DNA of 64,000 nt from a virus (taxonomy: Duplodnaviria > Heunggongvirae > Uroviricota > Caudoviricetes). Below are positions 1 to 10,788 of this stretch, piece after piece. Numbering within the stretch: the stretch's first letter is position 1; each line of letters starts with the position of its first letter. The notes beneath the pieces were generated by a model. The model saw only the letters and a list, made by a program, of their open reading frames with translations. It ran no database searches and was not told the DNA's origin. A program made the translations under genes and the position numbers. The stretch lies in the IMG/VR virus record IMGVR_UViG_3300043466_001354. The stretch is one strand, 5' to 3'.

Positions 1-1
1 T

Positions 2-400
2 CAGCATTACTACATGGCTCTATCGCACCTACAATTTCTTCAGGAAATTCTCGTGGGTAAACCTCTTATAAGATATAACCGCCACATAAATCGTTTGTAT
101 CTCGATGTAAATAAGAACATCTTAAATCCTGGGTCGTTTATCATTATAGAAGGATACGACATTATTGATGGCAACACATATTCCGATGTATGGAGCGATC
201 GCTTTCTTCAGAACTATGCGTCTATCCTAATACGTGAGCAGTGGGGTGTAAACCTAACAAAGTTCACAAACATGCAGCTTATCGGTGGTGTTCAGTTCAA
301 CGGTGAACAGATCCTATCGGAAGCAAAGGCAGACCGCAAAGAGATGGAAGAAAACGCGAAGACTTCACTTCAACCACTCGTTTACAATTTCGTTGGATGA
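2..400 (+). CDS. Neck protein gp13-like, C-terminal fragment (5' end lies outside the window)
   Basis: Open frame runs to the window edge and lies immediately upstream of a gp14 homologue, as in T4. Confidence 0.4.
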   Translation, partial: QHYYMALSHLQFLQEILVGKPLIRYNRHINRLYLDVNKNILNPGSFIIIEGYDIIDGNTYSDVWSDRFLQNYASILIREQWGVNLTKFTNMQLIGGVQFNGEQILSEAKADRKEMEENAKTSLQPLVYNFVG

Positions 401-403
401 TAA

Positions 404-1150
404 ATGGCGACTAACGTCTTTTTTCAAAACTATGGATACTTCAATGAGCAACAACTCATTGACGACTTGGTCATTGAAGCAATTCAGATCTATGGCGTTG
501 ATACTTACTACTTAACTAGAAAGTTAGAAGCAACGGATCACATACTTAACGAAGACGATCTGTCTATCTTTAATGCTGCTTACTCGATGGAAGTTTATGT
601 AAAGAGTGTTGACGGGTTCCAAGGTGAAGGCGACTTTCTTAGTAAGTTTGGTCTTCAGATACGTGATCAAGTTACTTTCACAGTTGCTATGAGAACGTTT
701 GAAAGATATGCGACAAGACTGAACACTACATTAATACGTCCTAAAGAAGGCGACCTAGTCTACCTGCCGTTGAACGATAAGTTCTTTAAGATAATGTTTG
801 TTGAACACGAGAGTGTATTCTATCAGAGTGGATCACTGCAAGTTTTTGATCTTAAGTGTGAACTATTCGAATACTCGAACGAAATGTTCAATACCGGAAT
901 CCAAGAGATAGACACTTACTTCGATAGCATAAATACAGAAGATCCGCATGTATATTCTCTTGATAAACTTCTAAGCAAGGATCCGATAGCTAAGAACATA
1001 TTCTTTGAAGAAGAAGGTGAAGATATCATCGACTTTACAGAGATAGATCCGTTTAGTGAGATTATTACTAGACCAACGAATTATTCAATCACCGCCGACA
1101 GTAACAATATAACTGCTGACACTACTGAGATCACAGCAGACACCGTATAA
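404..1150 (+). CDS. 14: Neck protein gp14
   Basis: Shares blocks with T4 gp14 (EMYV..DGF.G.GD.LSK.G; EGDL...P.....F....VE.E..FYQ.G); N-terminal MAT. Confidence 0.8.
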   Translation: MATNVFFQNYGYFNEQQLIDDLVIEAIQIYGVDTYYLTRKLEATDHILNEDDLSIFNAAYSMEVYVKSVDGFQGEGDFLSKFGLQIRDQVTFTVAMRTFERYATRLNTTLIRPKEGDLVYLPLNDKFFKIMFVEHESVFYQSGSLQVFDLKCELFEYSNEMFNTGIQEIDTYFDSINTEDPHVYSLDKLLSKDPIAKNIFFEEEGEDIIDFTEIDPFSEIITRPTNYSITADSNNITADTTEITADTV

Positions 1151-1159
1151 GAGGAAGAC

Positions 1160-3562
1160 ATGGCAAAGCAAACCATCAATATCGGTACAACAGCGAACGA
1201 TAGAACCGGTGATCCGTTAAGAACGGCATTCACGAAGATTAACCAGAACTTTACTGAACTCTATAACGATGACGCTGCAGATTTTTCTGGAAACTATAAC
1301 GATCTGTCGAATAAGCCAAACTTAAACTTGTATCAGTTAGTAAGTACCGCTTTTTCTGGTGACTATGATGACTTGGATAACAAACCAACGATACCAACTG
1401 ACATTTCTGATCTTACAGATGCGAATAATTTAATTGTATCTGACGTGTCAGACTTGACGGATACTTCCAATATCATTGAAAGAAAATATAGTATCATAAA
1501 ACAGAACTATGTTATTAAAGATAAGGCAGCGACCGCAATTGAAAATGGTGAGCTTATACCACAAGACTTAAGCGAAAACTATATAGGTAACACTGAGGAC
1601 ACTCGTGTTCTAAACTTTAGCACAGAGTCTGAGGACGGCGCTTCTTTCTCTACTCTTTTTGAAAGCGCGGTATTTAATAAGCAAGCTTTTGAACTGTTCA
1701 TTACAGATCACCAAGGTAACGATGACGTATTCTTTACAAAGGCGGTGTCATATATACCAACCGACACAAACAACTATAGAGGGTTTAGCGCGTCGTTCTC
1801 TACAATATATAACACCGGTATACCAAGTATAAATCAAATCGTAATTACATCAGAAGCCGTAAACCCAAATACAAGTGTTACACAAACTGAGGACGACGAT
1901 TTCGCAGTTTCGAATATAAGTGGTTCCGCAACGGTTGCTGTTATATCAATCTTTAGAGGTTCTGAAGATCCGATCGGAAGAGGACAGCTGTGGGAATTCT
2001 TTAAAGAGTACGTTGATCTAGTTCTATACACAGGAGATACTCAGAATAGCACTGCGACTATAAAGACTAGGTTCTATCAACATATTGAGTCTCTTAAGTC
2101 AAAAGTTCCAGTTCTTTATCCAGATTTTTGGTTCTACGAAGGTAGCGAAATAACTGCCAATTCGAGCATAGTTACGGGCGGGTCTGGAACTGGCGCCGCA
2201 TTCGGTCTGCTTTTTGGTAGATATGAAGGCGAGTCTTGGAGAGACAATAGCTTACTTAATGGCGGGACTGGTTATGAAGTCGGCGACACTCTAACGATAT
2301 TGGGAACTAACTTAGGTGGAACTAGTAACAATAATGTAAGTATTCTAATCTCGGGTGCTGATGAAAACGGTGTTATTACCTCATACACAGTTTCAGGAAC
2401 GGCCGTGAATATATGGCCTGCTACTGAAATTTCAGGTGGTGGATCTGGCCAGTACGATACTTCCGGAAATATTATAAACACGAACCGATCAACGGGCATA
2501 GATTATAATGATGGCAACAGAGTACCATCTGCTGGAACTGCAGCCACACCGTTTGGATCGGCAAGTAGCTATGTAACTCTATATAAAGACTCTATCTTTT
2601 CTATGGTTGCAAAAGATGCAGACATAACGAGTGTATACTTCTCAGGTACACTTGGATCCGAAGGCGACATAGAAAAGACGCATGGAGAGCTTGAAGGAGT
2701 AATCGGTTATAAAGTAGAAGTTGGCGGCCTATCTGTAACAGGGAACTGGGTTGAAGATAGAGAGTACACCGTTTCTTACAGCTATGCAGGGTATGATTTC
2801 CCAAGAACTGCGGCTGGTTCTATAACCAGTACAAATGTGTCTAACTGGAACACAGCTTATTCTTGGGGTGATCATGCTCTAGCTGGGTATTTAACAGGAG
2901 CAGCTTCATTCACTGAGTTGGAAGACATAATCCCGGCAGAAGATCTAACTTACGACATCGGTTCTCTGTCAAACTATTGGAGCGACCTCTATGTAAATAC
3001 AATATTTATGAAAGGTGACGAGTTCAATGACACGTCTGGAAGTATAAGAACTGACTTTTCTTCGATTCTATTCACTGCTATTCCTGCAAACACGGTTTCA
3101 GTCGCTGCAAACACCGGACCTTTCTATGCTATAGGGCTGTTTCCGACAGTAGACTCAGGTTCTGAGGACCATTTTATAATCGTAGATGCAATAAGACCGA
3201 ATGATATTCGTATCCGTGCCGGCGGAATTGAAGATGACAGTGAGTCGAATTTAACAATAGGCGGAAATAACAGTTACTTTAGAGTTGAGTCCGGATTAAA
3301 TCCTGATTTACAAGTCGCTGCAAATAACAATGTTTGGACATTTGGTGCGAATGGATCTATAATTTTTCCAGACGAAACCTTACAGAATACTGCCTGGTCT
3401 GGCGGAAGGGTAGTGCCAGTTCCATCAAGTAGTATTGGGGCATTAGGAGATAAGACTGGCGACATATCCTTTAGTTCTTCTTACATATATTATTGCACTG
3501 CGAACTATAATGGTTCTACTAATATCTGGAAAAGAACTGCTTGGTCACTAGACACTTGGTAA
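1160..3562 (+). CDS. Large Gly/Ser/Thr-rich structural protein (fibre- or collar-like) between gp14 and gp15
   Basis: 800 aa with a low-complexity G/S/T/N-rich composition typical of fibres; sits inside the late module; no catalytic motifs. Confidence 0.5.
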   Translation: MAKQTINIGTTANDRTGDPLRTAFTKINQNFTELYNDDAADFSGNYNDLSNKPNLNLYQLVSTAFSGDYDDLDNKPTIPTDISDLTDANNLIVSDVSDLTDTSNIIERKYSIIKQNYVIKDKAATAIENGELIPQDLSENYIGNTEDTRVLNFSTESEDGASFSTLFESAVFNKQAFELFITDHQGNDDVFFTKAVSYIPTDTNNYRGFSASFSTIYNTGIPSINQIVITSEAVNPNTSVTQTEDDDFAVSNISGSATVAVISIFRGSEDPIGRGQLWEFFKEYVDLVLYTGDTQNSTATIKTRFYQHIESLKSKVPVLYPDFWFYEGSEITANSSIVTGGSGTGAAFGLLFGRYEGESWRDNSLLNGGTGYEVGDTLTILGTNLGGTSNNNVSILISGADENGVITSYTVSGTAVNIWPATEISGGGSGQYDTSGNIINTNRSTGIDYNDGNRVPSAGTAATPFGSASSYVTLYKDSIFSMVAKDADITSVYFSGTLGSEGDIEKTHGELEGVIGYKVEVGGLSVTGNWVEDREYTVSYSYAGYDFPRTAAGSITSTNVSNWNTAYSWGDHALAGYLTGAASFTELEDIIPAEDLTYDIGSLSNYWSDLYVNTIFMKGDEFNDTSGSIRTDFSSILFTAIPANTVSVAANTGPFYAIGLFPTVDSGSEDHFIIVDAIRPNDIRIRAGGIEDDSESNLTIGGNNSYFRVESGLNPDLQVAANNNVWTFGANGSIIFPDETLQNTAWSGGRVVPVPSSSIGALGDKTGDISFSSSYIYYCTANYNGSTNIWKRTAWSLDTW

Positions 3563-3571
3563 GGAAAATAC

Positions 3572-4387
3572 ATGGCCTTTGTAAATCACTTCTATAATGC
3601 GACTACGCGGAAGTATGTTGCGCTATTCGGTACTATCTTTAATAAGATCTCGATCACTCGAGACGGCTTAGATGGTGCTGAAGTGCAGCGTATGGTAGTT
3701 CCAATTGCATACGGCCCGTTTCAAAAGTTTCTTGCTCGTATCACGCAGGATCCAGATCTAACTCGTAAGACTGCTATCTCTCTTCCTCGTATGTCTTTTG
3801 AAATCACAAATATGACATACGATGGAGCGAGAAAGATACCATCGAAGCAAAAGATTCAAAAGAACCTAGGTGAGACAGATAGCCAAAAATCATATGTGTG
3901 GACGGCGACACCATATAACCTCGACTTTTCTCTTTATATAATGACTAAGTATTCGGAAGATGCAACAAAGATCGTAGAGCAGATCATACCATTCTTTAAA
4001 CCAGAGTGGACAGCTACGGTTAAGTTGATTAACGACCTTGATCCTATTGATATTCCTATCATTTTGAATGGAATTACGAACGAGGATCTATACGAAGGAG
4101 GCTTTGAAGAAAGAAGATCCGTCCTATGGACTCTTAACTTTACTATGAAGGGCTGGTACTTTGGTCCTGAAAGAGAAAAGAAGATCATTAAGTTCATAGA
4201 CACAGATATCTGGACATCTATGGACGCATCTTCGGATCCTTCTGAAGGTGTCAATGTATATCCAGGTCTAACCGCAAACAACGTGCCGACGACAGATCCT
4301 GACCTAACTATTCCATACGAAGAAATCCAGTTTGACGATGATTGGGGAATCATACGAGTCATAACAAGTAACCCAGAAGAAGAGTGA
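3572..4387 (+). CDS. 15: Tail completion / sheath stabiliser gp15
   Basis: N-terminus KYVALFGTIFNKISITR parallels T4 gp15 RYATLMGDLFSNIQIKR; 271 aa versus 272 aa in T4. Confidence 0.75.
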   Translation: MAFVNHFYNATTRKYVALFGTIFNKISITRDGLDGAEVQRMVVPIAYGPFQKFLARITQDPDLTRKTAISLPRMSFEITNMTYDGARKIPSKQKIQKNLGETDSQKSYVWTATPYNLDFSLYIMTKYSEDATKIVEQIIPFFKPEWTATVKLINDLDPIDIPIILNGITNEDLYEGGFEERRSVLWTLNFTMKGWYFGPEREKKIIKFIDTDIWTSMDASSDPSEGVNVYPGLTANNVPTTDPDLTIPYEEIQFDDDWGIIRVITSNPEEE

Positions 4388-4824
4388 AAATGAACAATGA
4401 TAAAATTTCAGAGGTTCTTGGTCTTAGACCTTTAGAAGAAGCAAAATCAGAAGAACTTGTGGTTGTATACGAAGAAAAGGAAGTCATCACTGCTGTTGCA
4501 ACAGTCGTAGAAGACGATGAAACAATTCGAGATATCGAACAGGTTCGCGGAAACATCAAGAACATTATAGAGCAAGGCGATGACGCATTAAAGGAAATGA
4601 TTAGTCTTGCAAAACAATCTGAGTCTCCACGTGCGTTTGAAGTTGCGTCAACTCTTATGAAGACTCTCCTCGATGCTAACAAAGATTTCGTTGAAATCTC
4701 TACGAAGAAGAAGTACGCAATTGAAGAAAAGAATGGTCCTAAGGAAGCTGCTCAGACGAACGTAACGAATAACAATCTCATACTCTCGACAGCAGATCTT
4801 CTTAAGATGTTAAAGGGTGAATAA
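4384..4824 (+). CDS. 16: Terminase small subunit gp16-like
   Basis: 146-aa acidic protein directly upstream of gp17 and translationally coupled to it (ATGA overlap). Confidence 0.55.
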   Translation: MKMNNDKISEVLGLRPLEEAKSEELVVVYEEKEVITAVATVVEDDETIRDIEQVRGNIKNIIEQGDDALKEMISLAKQSESPRAFEVASTLMKTLLDANKDFVEISTKKKYAIEEKNGPKEAAQTNVTNNNLILSTADLLKMLKGE

Positions 4825-6437
4825 TGGGTGACGGATATCTTGGTAATATACACTTAAAGAAAACTGGTGAACCAATCGAATGGACGCCGGAACTCATAAA
4901 GGAATACGTTAAGTGTTCTGAAGATCCAATATATTTCGCTAAGAAGTATATTAAGATCGTTCACGTTGATCACGGTCTCATTCCTCTCGACATGTATGAC
5001 TATCAGAAAGAGATAGTTGAAAAGATTACAAACAATCGTCGTCTTGCAGTTCTTACGGCTCGCCAGTCTGGTAAAACGACTACGGCCGTCGCAGTGATTC
5101 TACACTACATACTCTTTAACGAGTTTAAGACTGTCGCCATCCTTGCGAACAAGGGAGACGCAGCGAGGGAAGTTCTTGCTCGTATTAAACTTGCGTATGA
5201 AGCTCTACCTAAGTGGCTACAGCAGGGCATTGAAGAATGGAACAAAGGAAACATCGCTCTCGAGAACGGATGTAACGTTTTGGCCGGAACAACGTCTTCT
5301 TCGGCTATTCGTGGTAAGACGGTGTCGTTCCTCTATCTAGACGAGGTAGCCTTCATCGAGGGATACGATGAATTCTTTGCATCGGTATATCCAACCATTT
5401 CATCAGGCGAGTCTACAAAGCTTCTAATGACCTCTACACCAAACGGATTGAACCACTTTTGGAAAACATGTAAGGGAGCCGAAGAAGGCACTAACGGTTA
5501 CGAATACGTTAAAGTCATGTGGTATGACGTCCCTGGCCGTGATGAGAAATGGAGAAAAGAAACGATCGAGTCGCTCGATCACGACGAGGAAAAGTTCAAT
5601 CAGGAATACTGCTGTCAGTTCCTCGGATCTTCTGGTACTCTCATATCGGGTTCAAAGCTCAAAGAGCTGTCATACTCAACACCACTATACGCAAACGAAG
5701 GTCTTTCACAATATGAAAAGCCAGTCGGTAATCATGTGTATGCGATGACTGTTGACGTATCGAGAGGAAAGGGTCTAGACTATTCTACCTTTAGCGTGAT
5801 AGATATAACTTCTATGCCATATAAACAGGTATGTACATTTAGAGATAACTTTGTATCGCCGATTGATTTCGCTTCGATAATATATAGAGTAGGTACCGCA
5901 TATAATGGAGCCTTGATTCTAACTGAGATTAACGACATCGGAGCTCAAGTGTCTGATACTCTTATCATGGATTTTGGATATGAAAATATGCTTTACACTG
6001 AGAACGCTGGAAGAGAAGGAAAGCGTATTTCAAATGGTTTCGGAAAAATAACCGATACAGGAATAAGAACCACAAAATCTGTGAAGGCCGTTGGGTGTTC
6101 TATGCTTAAGCTATTAATCGAACAGAACCAGTTACTCATTAATGATTTTCAAACTATCCAAGAACTATCACGTTTTTCAAAAAAGGCGAACTCATACGAA
6201 GCAGAACCGGGATCTCACGACGATTTAGTTATGAACCTCGTATTATTTGCTTGGTTGACTAACCAGGCGTATTTCAAAGAGATTACTGACATTAATACGC
6301 TGCACAGATTAAGAGAGAAGACCGAAGAACAGATCGAAGATGATCTTCTTCCCTTTGGGTTTATTGATATAGGCGCCGACGACCTAAAACCTGGTTGGAA
6401 GCAGGCATCCGATAAATCAGACAACTGGATGATGTAA
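4824..6437 (+). CDS. 17: Terminase large subunit gp17
   Basis: Walker A RQSGKTT; blocks TSTPNGLNHF, TKAVGCS.LK.LIE, HDDLVM shared with T4 gp17. Confidence 0.95.
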   Translation: MGDGYLGNIHLKKTGEPIEWTPELIKEYVKCSEDPIYFAKKYIKIVHVDHGLIPLDMYDYQKEIVEKITNNRRLAVLTARQSGKTTTAVAVILHYILFNEFKTVAILANKGDAAREVLARIKLAYEALPKWLQQGIEEWNKGNIALENGCNVLAGTTSSSAIRGKTVSFLYLDEVAFIEGYDEFFASVYPTISSGESTKLLMTSTPNGLNHFWKTCKGAEEGTNGYEYVKVMWYDVPGRDEKWRKETIESLDHDEEKFNQEYCCQFLGSSGTLISGSKLKELSYSTPLYANEGLSQYEKPVGNHVYAMTVDVSRGKGLDYSTFSVIDITSMPYKQVCTFRDNFVSPIDFASIIYRVGTAYNGALILTEINDIGAQVSDTLIMDFGYENMLYTENAGREGKRISNGFGKITDTGIRTTKSVKAVGCSMLKLLIEQNQLLINDFQTIQELSRFSKKANSYEAEPGSHDDLVMNLVLFAWLTNQAYFKEITDINTLHRLREKTEEQIEDDLLPFGFIDIGADDLKPGWKQASDKSDNWMM

Positions 6438-6448
6438 AATCTCGTTAT

Positions 6449-6456
6449 TATAAATA
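6449..6456 (+). promoter_or_regulatory. T4-type late promoter TATAAATA upstream of gp18
   Basis: Exact TATAAATA about 55 nt upstream of the gp18 ATG, followed by AAGAAG...AAAGGAG. Confidence 0.6.
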
Positions 6457-6509
6457 AAGAAGAAAAGATTGAAACTTATCAAATAAATCTTACGAAAAAG
6501 GAGAAAAAT

Positions 6510-8369
6510 ATGGTTTTTTCTGTAAGCCCATCCGTCATTGTTAGAGAAGTGGACGCGACTGCCGTAATACCGGCCGTAGCTACACCTCCTGCTGCTGTTG
6601 CCGGTGTGTTTCGCTGGGGACCAACCAACGAACGCATTCTAATCACATCAGAAGATGAACTTGCTTCACGTTTTGGAAAGCCGTTTGCTAACACAACATG
6701 GCAGAATCATGAGACATTCTTTACCGCAGCTGACTTTCTGTCATACTCGAATGCTCTATATATAACTCGAGTAACGTCAGATTCTGCTGCATCTGCTAAC
6801 AGCACATACTTCGAAGCAAAGTATGAAGGTGCACTCGGTAACTCTCTCCAGGTTGCGGTAGTATCTTCCGCTTCGTTTTCTGATACACTTGCTGCGGTTG
6901 GAGACGCGACAGGTATCTTTAACTTTAACTCTAACACGGTAAACCTATCTCTTGAAGACGAGATCACAACTGCGCTTCAAGTAGATGATATAGTTCGTAT
7001 CGGCAATCCAACGATTGGTTATCAAGATTTAATCGTCACCGCTTTCACGGACAACGAAGCAAACACTACGCCGTTTACATACAGTGTTAGTTTTAAGAAC
7101 AGATACACTCTAACGGAAACGGATATGGCGTTTCTTAGCCTAGAAAGAAGATGGGGATACGGCGACCGCGTAGGTGCTGCTCCATCTAACAATACTCTAG
7201 TTCATATCTCTGTTATTGATAAACTAGGAACAATCAGCGGTATCGTAGGAAGCGTTCTTGAACTATACGAAAACGTATCAGTTTCATCGTCTGCAAAACT
7301 TCCAGATGGAACGACAAACTACTATGTTGACGTAATTGCAAACCGTTCCGCATACATTAAAGCGATCGGGACTGACGCTGCGCTAGGCGATAACACGCCA
7401 TCCGCTGCACTCACAGGAACGTTTACATCCCCGATCTATGGAGCTCTAAGCGGTGGTTCTGACGGTGACGGTGAAGCTGCAATCTCTCTTGGAAAAGTTG
7501 CTCTTGGATACGATCTCTATAAGGATCCTAACGAGGTTGACATCTCTGCGCTTCTAACCGGCAAGTCATCAAGTTCTAACCTTGCTAACTATCTAACACA
7601 GAACATAGCAGAGTCACGTAAAGACTGCGTTGTGTATGCGTCTCCGACGTATGCTAACGTTGTAACACCAGCAAATCCAACCGATAAGATGAACAACGCG
7701 ATTGCATTTAGAAATAGCTGTACATCGTCATCCTATCTTGTGATTGACACTGGATACAAGTATCGTTACGATAAGTATAACGATGCATATCGTTGGGTTC
7801 CACTTAACGGTGACATTGCAGGTCTATCAGCTCGCATCGAGTCATGGGAGTCTCCGGCTGGATACAAGCGTGGTGTTATCAAGAACGTCGTAAAGCTTGC
7901 ATTCAATCCAAACAAAGCACAGCGAGATCAACTTTACGGCAGCGACATTAACCCAGTCATCGCGCAGGTTGGGCAAGGTGTTCTTCTGTTCGGTGATAAG
8001 ACTGCTCTTGGAACTGCGACAGGAAGCGCGTTCACTCGCATCAATGTTCGCAGACTCTTCATCACTGTTGAGAAAGCAATCGCCACTGTGGCTGCTTCGT
8101 TCCTCTTTGACTTCAACGACGAGTTCACTCAGACACAGTTCAAGAACTTGGTCGAACCGTTCCTTCGTGACATTCAAGGAAGAAGAGGTATCATAGACTT
8201 TAGAGTCGTCTCTGATGCTACAGTAAATACACCAGACGTAATCGACCGTAACATCTTTAGAGGCAACATCTTCATTAAGCCAGCGCGTTCAATCAACGTG
8301 ATCGAGCTTACATTCGTTGCGACTAGAACCGGTGTAGAATTCGATGAAATCGTTGGTCAGCCACTCTAA
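6510..8369 (+). CDS. 18: Tail sheath protein gp18
   Basis: YRYDKYNDAYRWVPLNGDIAGL.AR...W.SPAGY.RG matches the conserved T4 gp18 block. Confidence 0.9.
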   Translation: MVFSVSPSVIVREVDATAVIPAVATPPAAVAGVFRWGPTNERILITSEDELASRFGKPFANTTWQNHETFFTAADFLSYSNALYITRVTSDSAASANSTYFEAKYEGALGNSLQVAVVSSASFSDTLAAVGDATGIFNFNSNTVNLSLEDEITTALQVDDIVRIGNPTIGYQDLIVTAFTDNEANTTPFTYSVSFKNRYTLTETDMAFLSLERRWGYGDRVGAAPSNNTLVHISVIDKLGTISGIVGSVLELYENVSVSSSAKLPDGTTNYYVDVIANRSAYIKAIGTDAALGDNTPSAALTGTFTSPIYGALSGGSDGDGEAAISLGKVALGYDLYKDPNEVDISALLTGKSSSSNLANYLTQNIAESRKDCVVYASPTYANVVTPANPTDKMNNAIAFRNSCTSSSYLVIDTGYKYRYDKYNDAYRWVPLNGDIAGLSARIESWESPAGYKRGVIKNVVKLAFNPNKAQRDQLYGSDINPVIAQVGQGVLLFGDKTALGTATGSAFTRINVRRLFITVEKAIATVAASFLFDFNDEFTQTQFKNLVEPFLRDIQGRRGIIDFRVVSDATVNTPDVIDRNIFRGNIFIKPARSINVIELTFVATRTGVEFDEIVGQPL

Positions 8370-8376
8370 TAAATAA
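8368..8376 (+). promoter_or_regulatory. Late-promoter variant TAATAAATA upstream of gp19
   Basis: Near-consensus late box followed by AAAGGAG; a similar AATAAATA lies at about 60469-60480 (-) upstream of the acidic-protein gene. Confidence 0.35.
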
Positions 8377-8394
8377 AGAAAAAGGAGTATAAAC

Positions 8395-8928
8395 ATGGCC
8401 TTCAATATAAACGAATTCAAATCACAACTAGTAGGAGGAGGAGCGAGACCATCGCTCTTCCAAGTCCAAATTACAAACCCAATCAATGCTATCGCCGACT
8501 TTAAAGTTCCTTTCATGGTAAGAGCAGCTGCTCTTCCTGAGTCAACTACAGGATCATATCAGATACCATACTTTGGACGTTTCATAAAGTATGCTGGAGA
8601 TAGAACGTTTGCCGACTGGACAGCTACAATCATCAACGACGAGGACTTCCTTGTTCGTAACGCGATGGAAGCTTGGTCAAACGCAATTAACTCTCACGAC
8701 TCAAATACGAGAGCTCTACCACAGACTTATAAGTCGAACGCAATCATAACTCAGTACAGCAAAGATGGTAGACCTCTTCGCACGTATGTATTCGAAGGAA
8801 TTTATCCTATCAGTATCGGTGCGATACCGGTTGCTTGGGAAAACACAGATCAAATTGAAAACTTTGATGTCACATTCCAATACGATATGTGGAGAGTTGA
8901 AGGCTCGACTGGCATTTCCACTACTTAA
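8395..8928 (+). CDS. 19: Tail tube protein gp19
   Basis: RP.LFQV.I and AGDRTF.DWT.T..NDE blocks shared with T4 gp19. Confidence 0.9.
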   Translation: MAFNINEFKSQLVGGGARPSLFQVQITNPINAIADFKVPFMVRAAALPESTTGSYQIPYFGRFIKYAGDRTFADWTATIINDEDFLVRNAMEAWSNAINSHDSNTRALPQTYKSNAIITQYSKDGRPLRTYVFEGIYPISIGAIPVAWENTDQIENFDVTFQYDMWRVEGSTGISTT

Positions 8929-9000
8929 TAGTTGATAAAGGAATTGCTAATTGGACTGTTTTGTAATACCGTTTGGTAAATCACAGAACGATATATTTCA

Positions 9001-9019
9001 CGGCGGGATCAAATCCCGC
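9001..9019. terminator. GC-rich hairpin GGCGGGAT-CAA-ATCCCGCC between gp19 and gp20, with no U-tract
   Basis: 8-bp perfect stem; may be a processing or attenuator hairpin rather than an intrinsic terminator. Confidence 0.35.
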
Positions 9020-9120
9020 CACATGATAGATATTATGAAAGACGCTGCGACCTCTTTAGGCACTGCTGATTGTTTTATCAATAAGATACTAAAGAATGGC
9101 GAAGCAAGGAGATTGAAATA

Positions 9121-10788
9121 ATGCGTGTATTTGGATTTGAAATCAAAAGAGAAATCGGCGGAGCCGAAGAAGAAAGAGCTGTCTCTTTTGTAGAACCTAA
9201 CAACGACGAAGGCGCAATCACCATAGGAAACTCTCTAGGAGGATCCTATGGTATCGCTATTAATATGGAAGGCGACGCCAAGACTGAAGGCGAGCTTATC
9301 ACCAAGTATCGTGGAATGGTAATGCAGCCTGAGATTGCACAGGCCGTAGACGAAATTGTAAACGAAGCAATTAACGTCGATAGTCATGAGAATGTTGTAG
9401 AGATTATTCTTGACGATACAGAATTACCAGACAAAGTAAAAGATCGTATCGTCGAAGAGTTTGAAGAAGTGCTACGTCTTCTCGACTTTTCCAACTACGG
9501 CTATGATATTTTTCAGAAGTTCTATGTAGATGGAAGATTGAATTATCATATCATTATTGATAACGAAGATCTGAAAGCTGGCATCAAAGAGCTACGCTAC
9601 ATTGACCCACGTAAGCTTCGTCTCGTCAAAGAGATGGACGAGAAGTCAAAGGATCCGCACTCCGGTATACCTCTTAAGAAGATCAAGAAGGAGTACTATC
9701 TATACTCCGATTCTGGTTTTGGTTCAAAGTCAACAACGAGCAATGTTAACTCTGGTCAGACGGTTCAGGGATACCGCATCGCAAAAGATTCCGTTGCTCG
9801 TGTAACGTCTGGTCTCATGAATGAGACGAATTCGCTTGTACTATCGCACCTGCATCCTGGTATTAAACCTCTAAACCAACTGCGTATGCTTGAAGATGCG
9901 ACTGTTATCTATACGATTACCCGTGCTCCGGAAAGAAGAATTTTCTATATCGACGTCGGTCAGTTACCAAAGGCTAAGGCTGAGCAGTATCTACACGATA
10001 TGATGACTCGCCATAAGAACAAACTACAGTACGACTCCGACAGCGGTGACATTACAGACGGTCGTAAGTTTATGACAATGACTGAAGACTTCTGGTTCCC
10101 TCGTCGTGGCGGCGAGCGTTCCACAGAAGTTGACATTCTTGCTGGTGGATCCGCGCCCGCTCTAAGCGGTGACGAAAACCTTCAGTACTTCCAAAGAAAG
10201 CTTTATAAGTCCCTTAAAGTTCCGATATCACGTTTAGAACCAGAGACTATGTATAGCTTCGGCAGAGTGTCCGAGATATCAAGAGACGAACTCAAATTTA
10301 GTAAGTTCATTCGCCGTCAAAGACTACGTTTCTCTGGTATATTTGATCTCTTCTTAGAAAAGCAACTCATTCTTAAAGGTATTCTCGATCCTGAGGAATG
10401 GGCTGACATAAAGAATAAGATACGATATGACTTCATGAAAGATAACTACTTCGAAGAACTCAAGCAGACGGAAATACTTCGTGAAAAAGTAACGATGCTT
10501 AGAGATATCGAGGAACAGATCGGTAAGTACTACTCAAGAGAATGGGTTATCAAAAACGTTCTATTCATGTCAGATGAAGACATACGTGAAATGAAAAAGC
10601 AGATCAAGAAAGAAACTGACGAAGGCTTGTACGACGTTGGTATGCCTGATGATGAACAACCTCCAGCACCAGCAGATCAGCCGCCAGAAAATCAGCAACA
10701 GCCTCCTCAGAATGATCAAGAGGCCGAAGAATCATTAAAAGTTATAAATAATAAAGTAAAACCATTCAAAAGAGGGCTTAAAAGATGA
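9121..10788 (+). CDS. 20: Portal protein gp20
   Basis: YTITRAPERRIFYIDVG, MTMTEDFWFPRR.G...TEVD.L.G, SRDELKFSKFIRR match T4 gp20. Confidence 0.95.
   Translation: MRVFGFEIKREIGGAEEERAVSFVEPNNDEGAITIGNSLGGSYGIAINMEGDAKTEGELITKYRGMVMQPEIAQAVDEIVNEAINVDSHENVVEIILDDTELPDKVKDRIVEEFEEVLRLLDFSNYGYDIFQKFYVDGRLNYHIIIDNEDLKAGIKELRYIDPRKLRLVKEMDEKSKDPHSGIPLKKIKKEYYLYSDSGFGSKSTTSNVNSGQTVQGYRIAKDSVARVTSGLMNETNSLVLSHLHPGIKPLNQLRMLEDATVIYTITRAPERRIFYIDVGQLPKAKAEQYLHDMMTRHKNKLQYDSDSGDITDGRKFMTMTEDFWFPRRGGERSTEVDILAGGSAPALSGDENLQYFQRKLYKSLKVPISRLEPETMYSFGRVSEISRDELKFSKFIRRQRLRFSGIFDLFLEKQLILKGILDPEEWADIKNKIRYDFMKDNYFEELKQTEILREKVTMLRDIEEQIGKYYSREWVIKNVLFMSDEDIREMKKQIKKETDEGLYDVGMPDDEQPPAPADQPPENQQQPPQNDQEAEESLKVINNKVKPFKRGLKR

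Noticed and set aside
8929-9120. Possible tRNA in the 190-nt gp19-gp20 spacer
   Set aside because: The only structured element is an 8-bp stem with a 3-nt loop (GGCGGGAT-CAA-ATCCCGCC). There is no 7-nt T-loop, D-arm or acceptor-stem complementarity, so it is not a tRNA.
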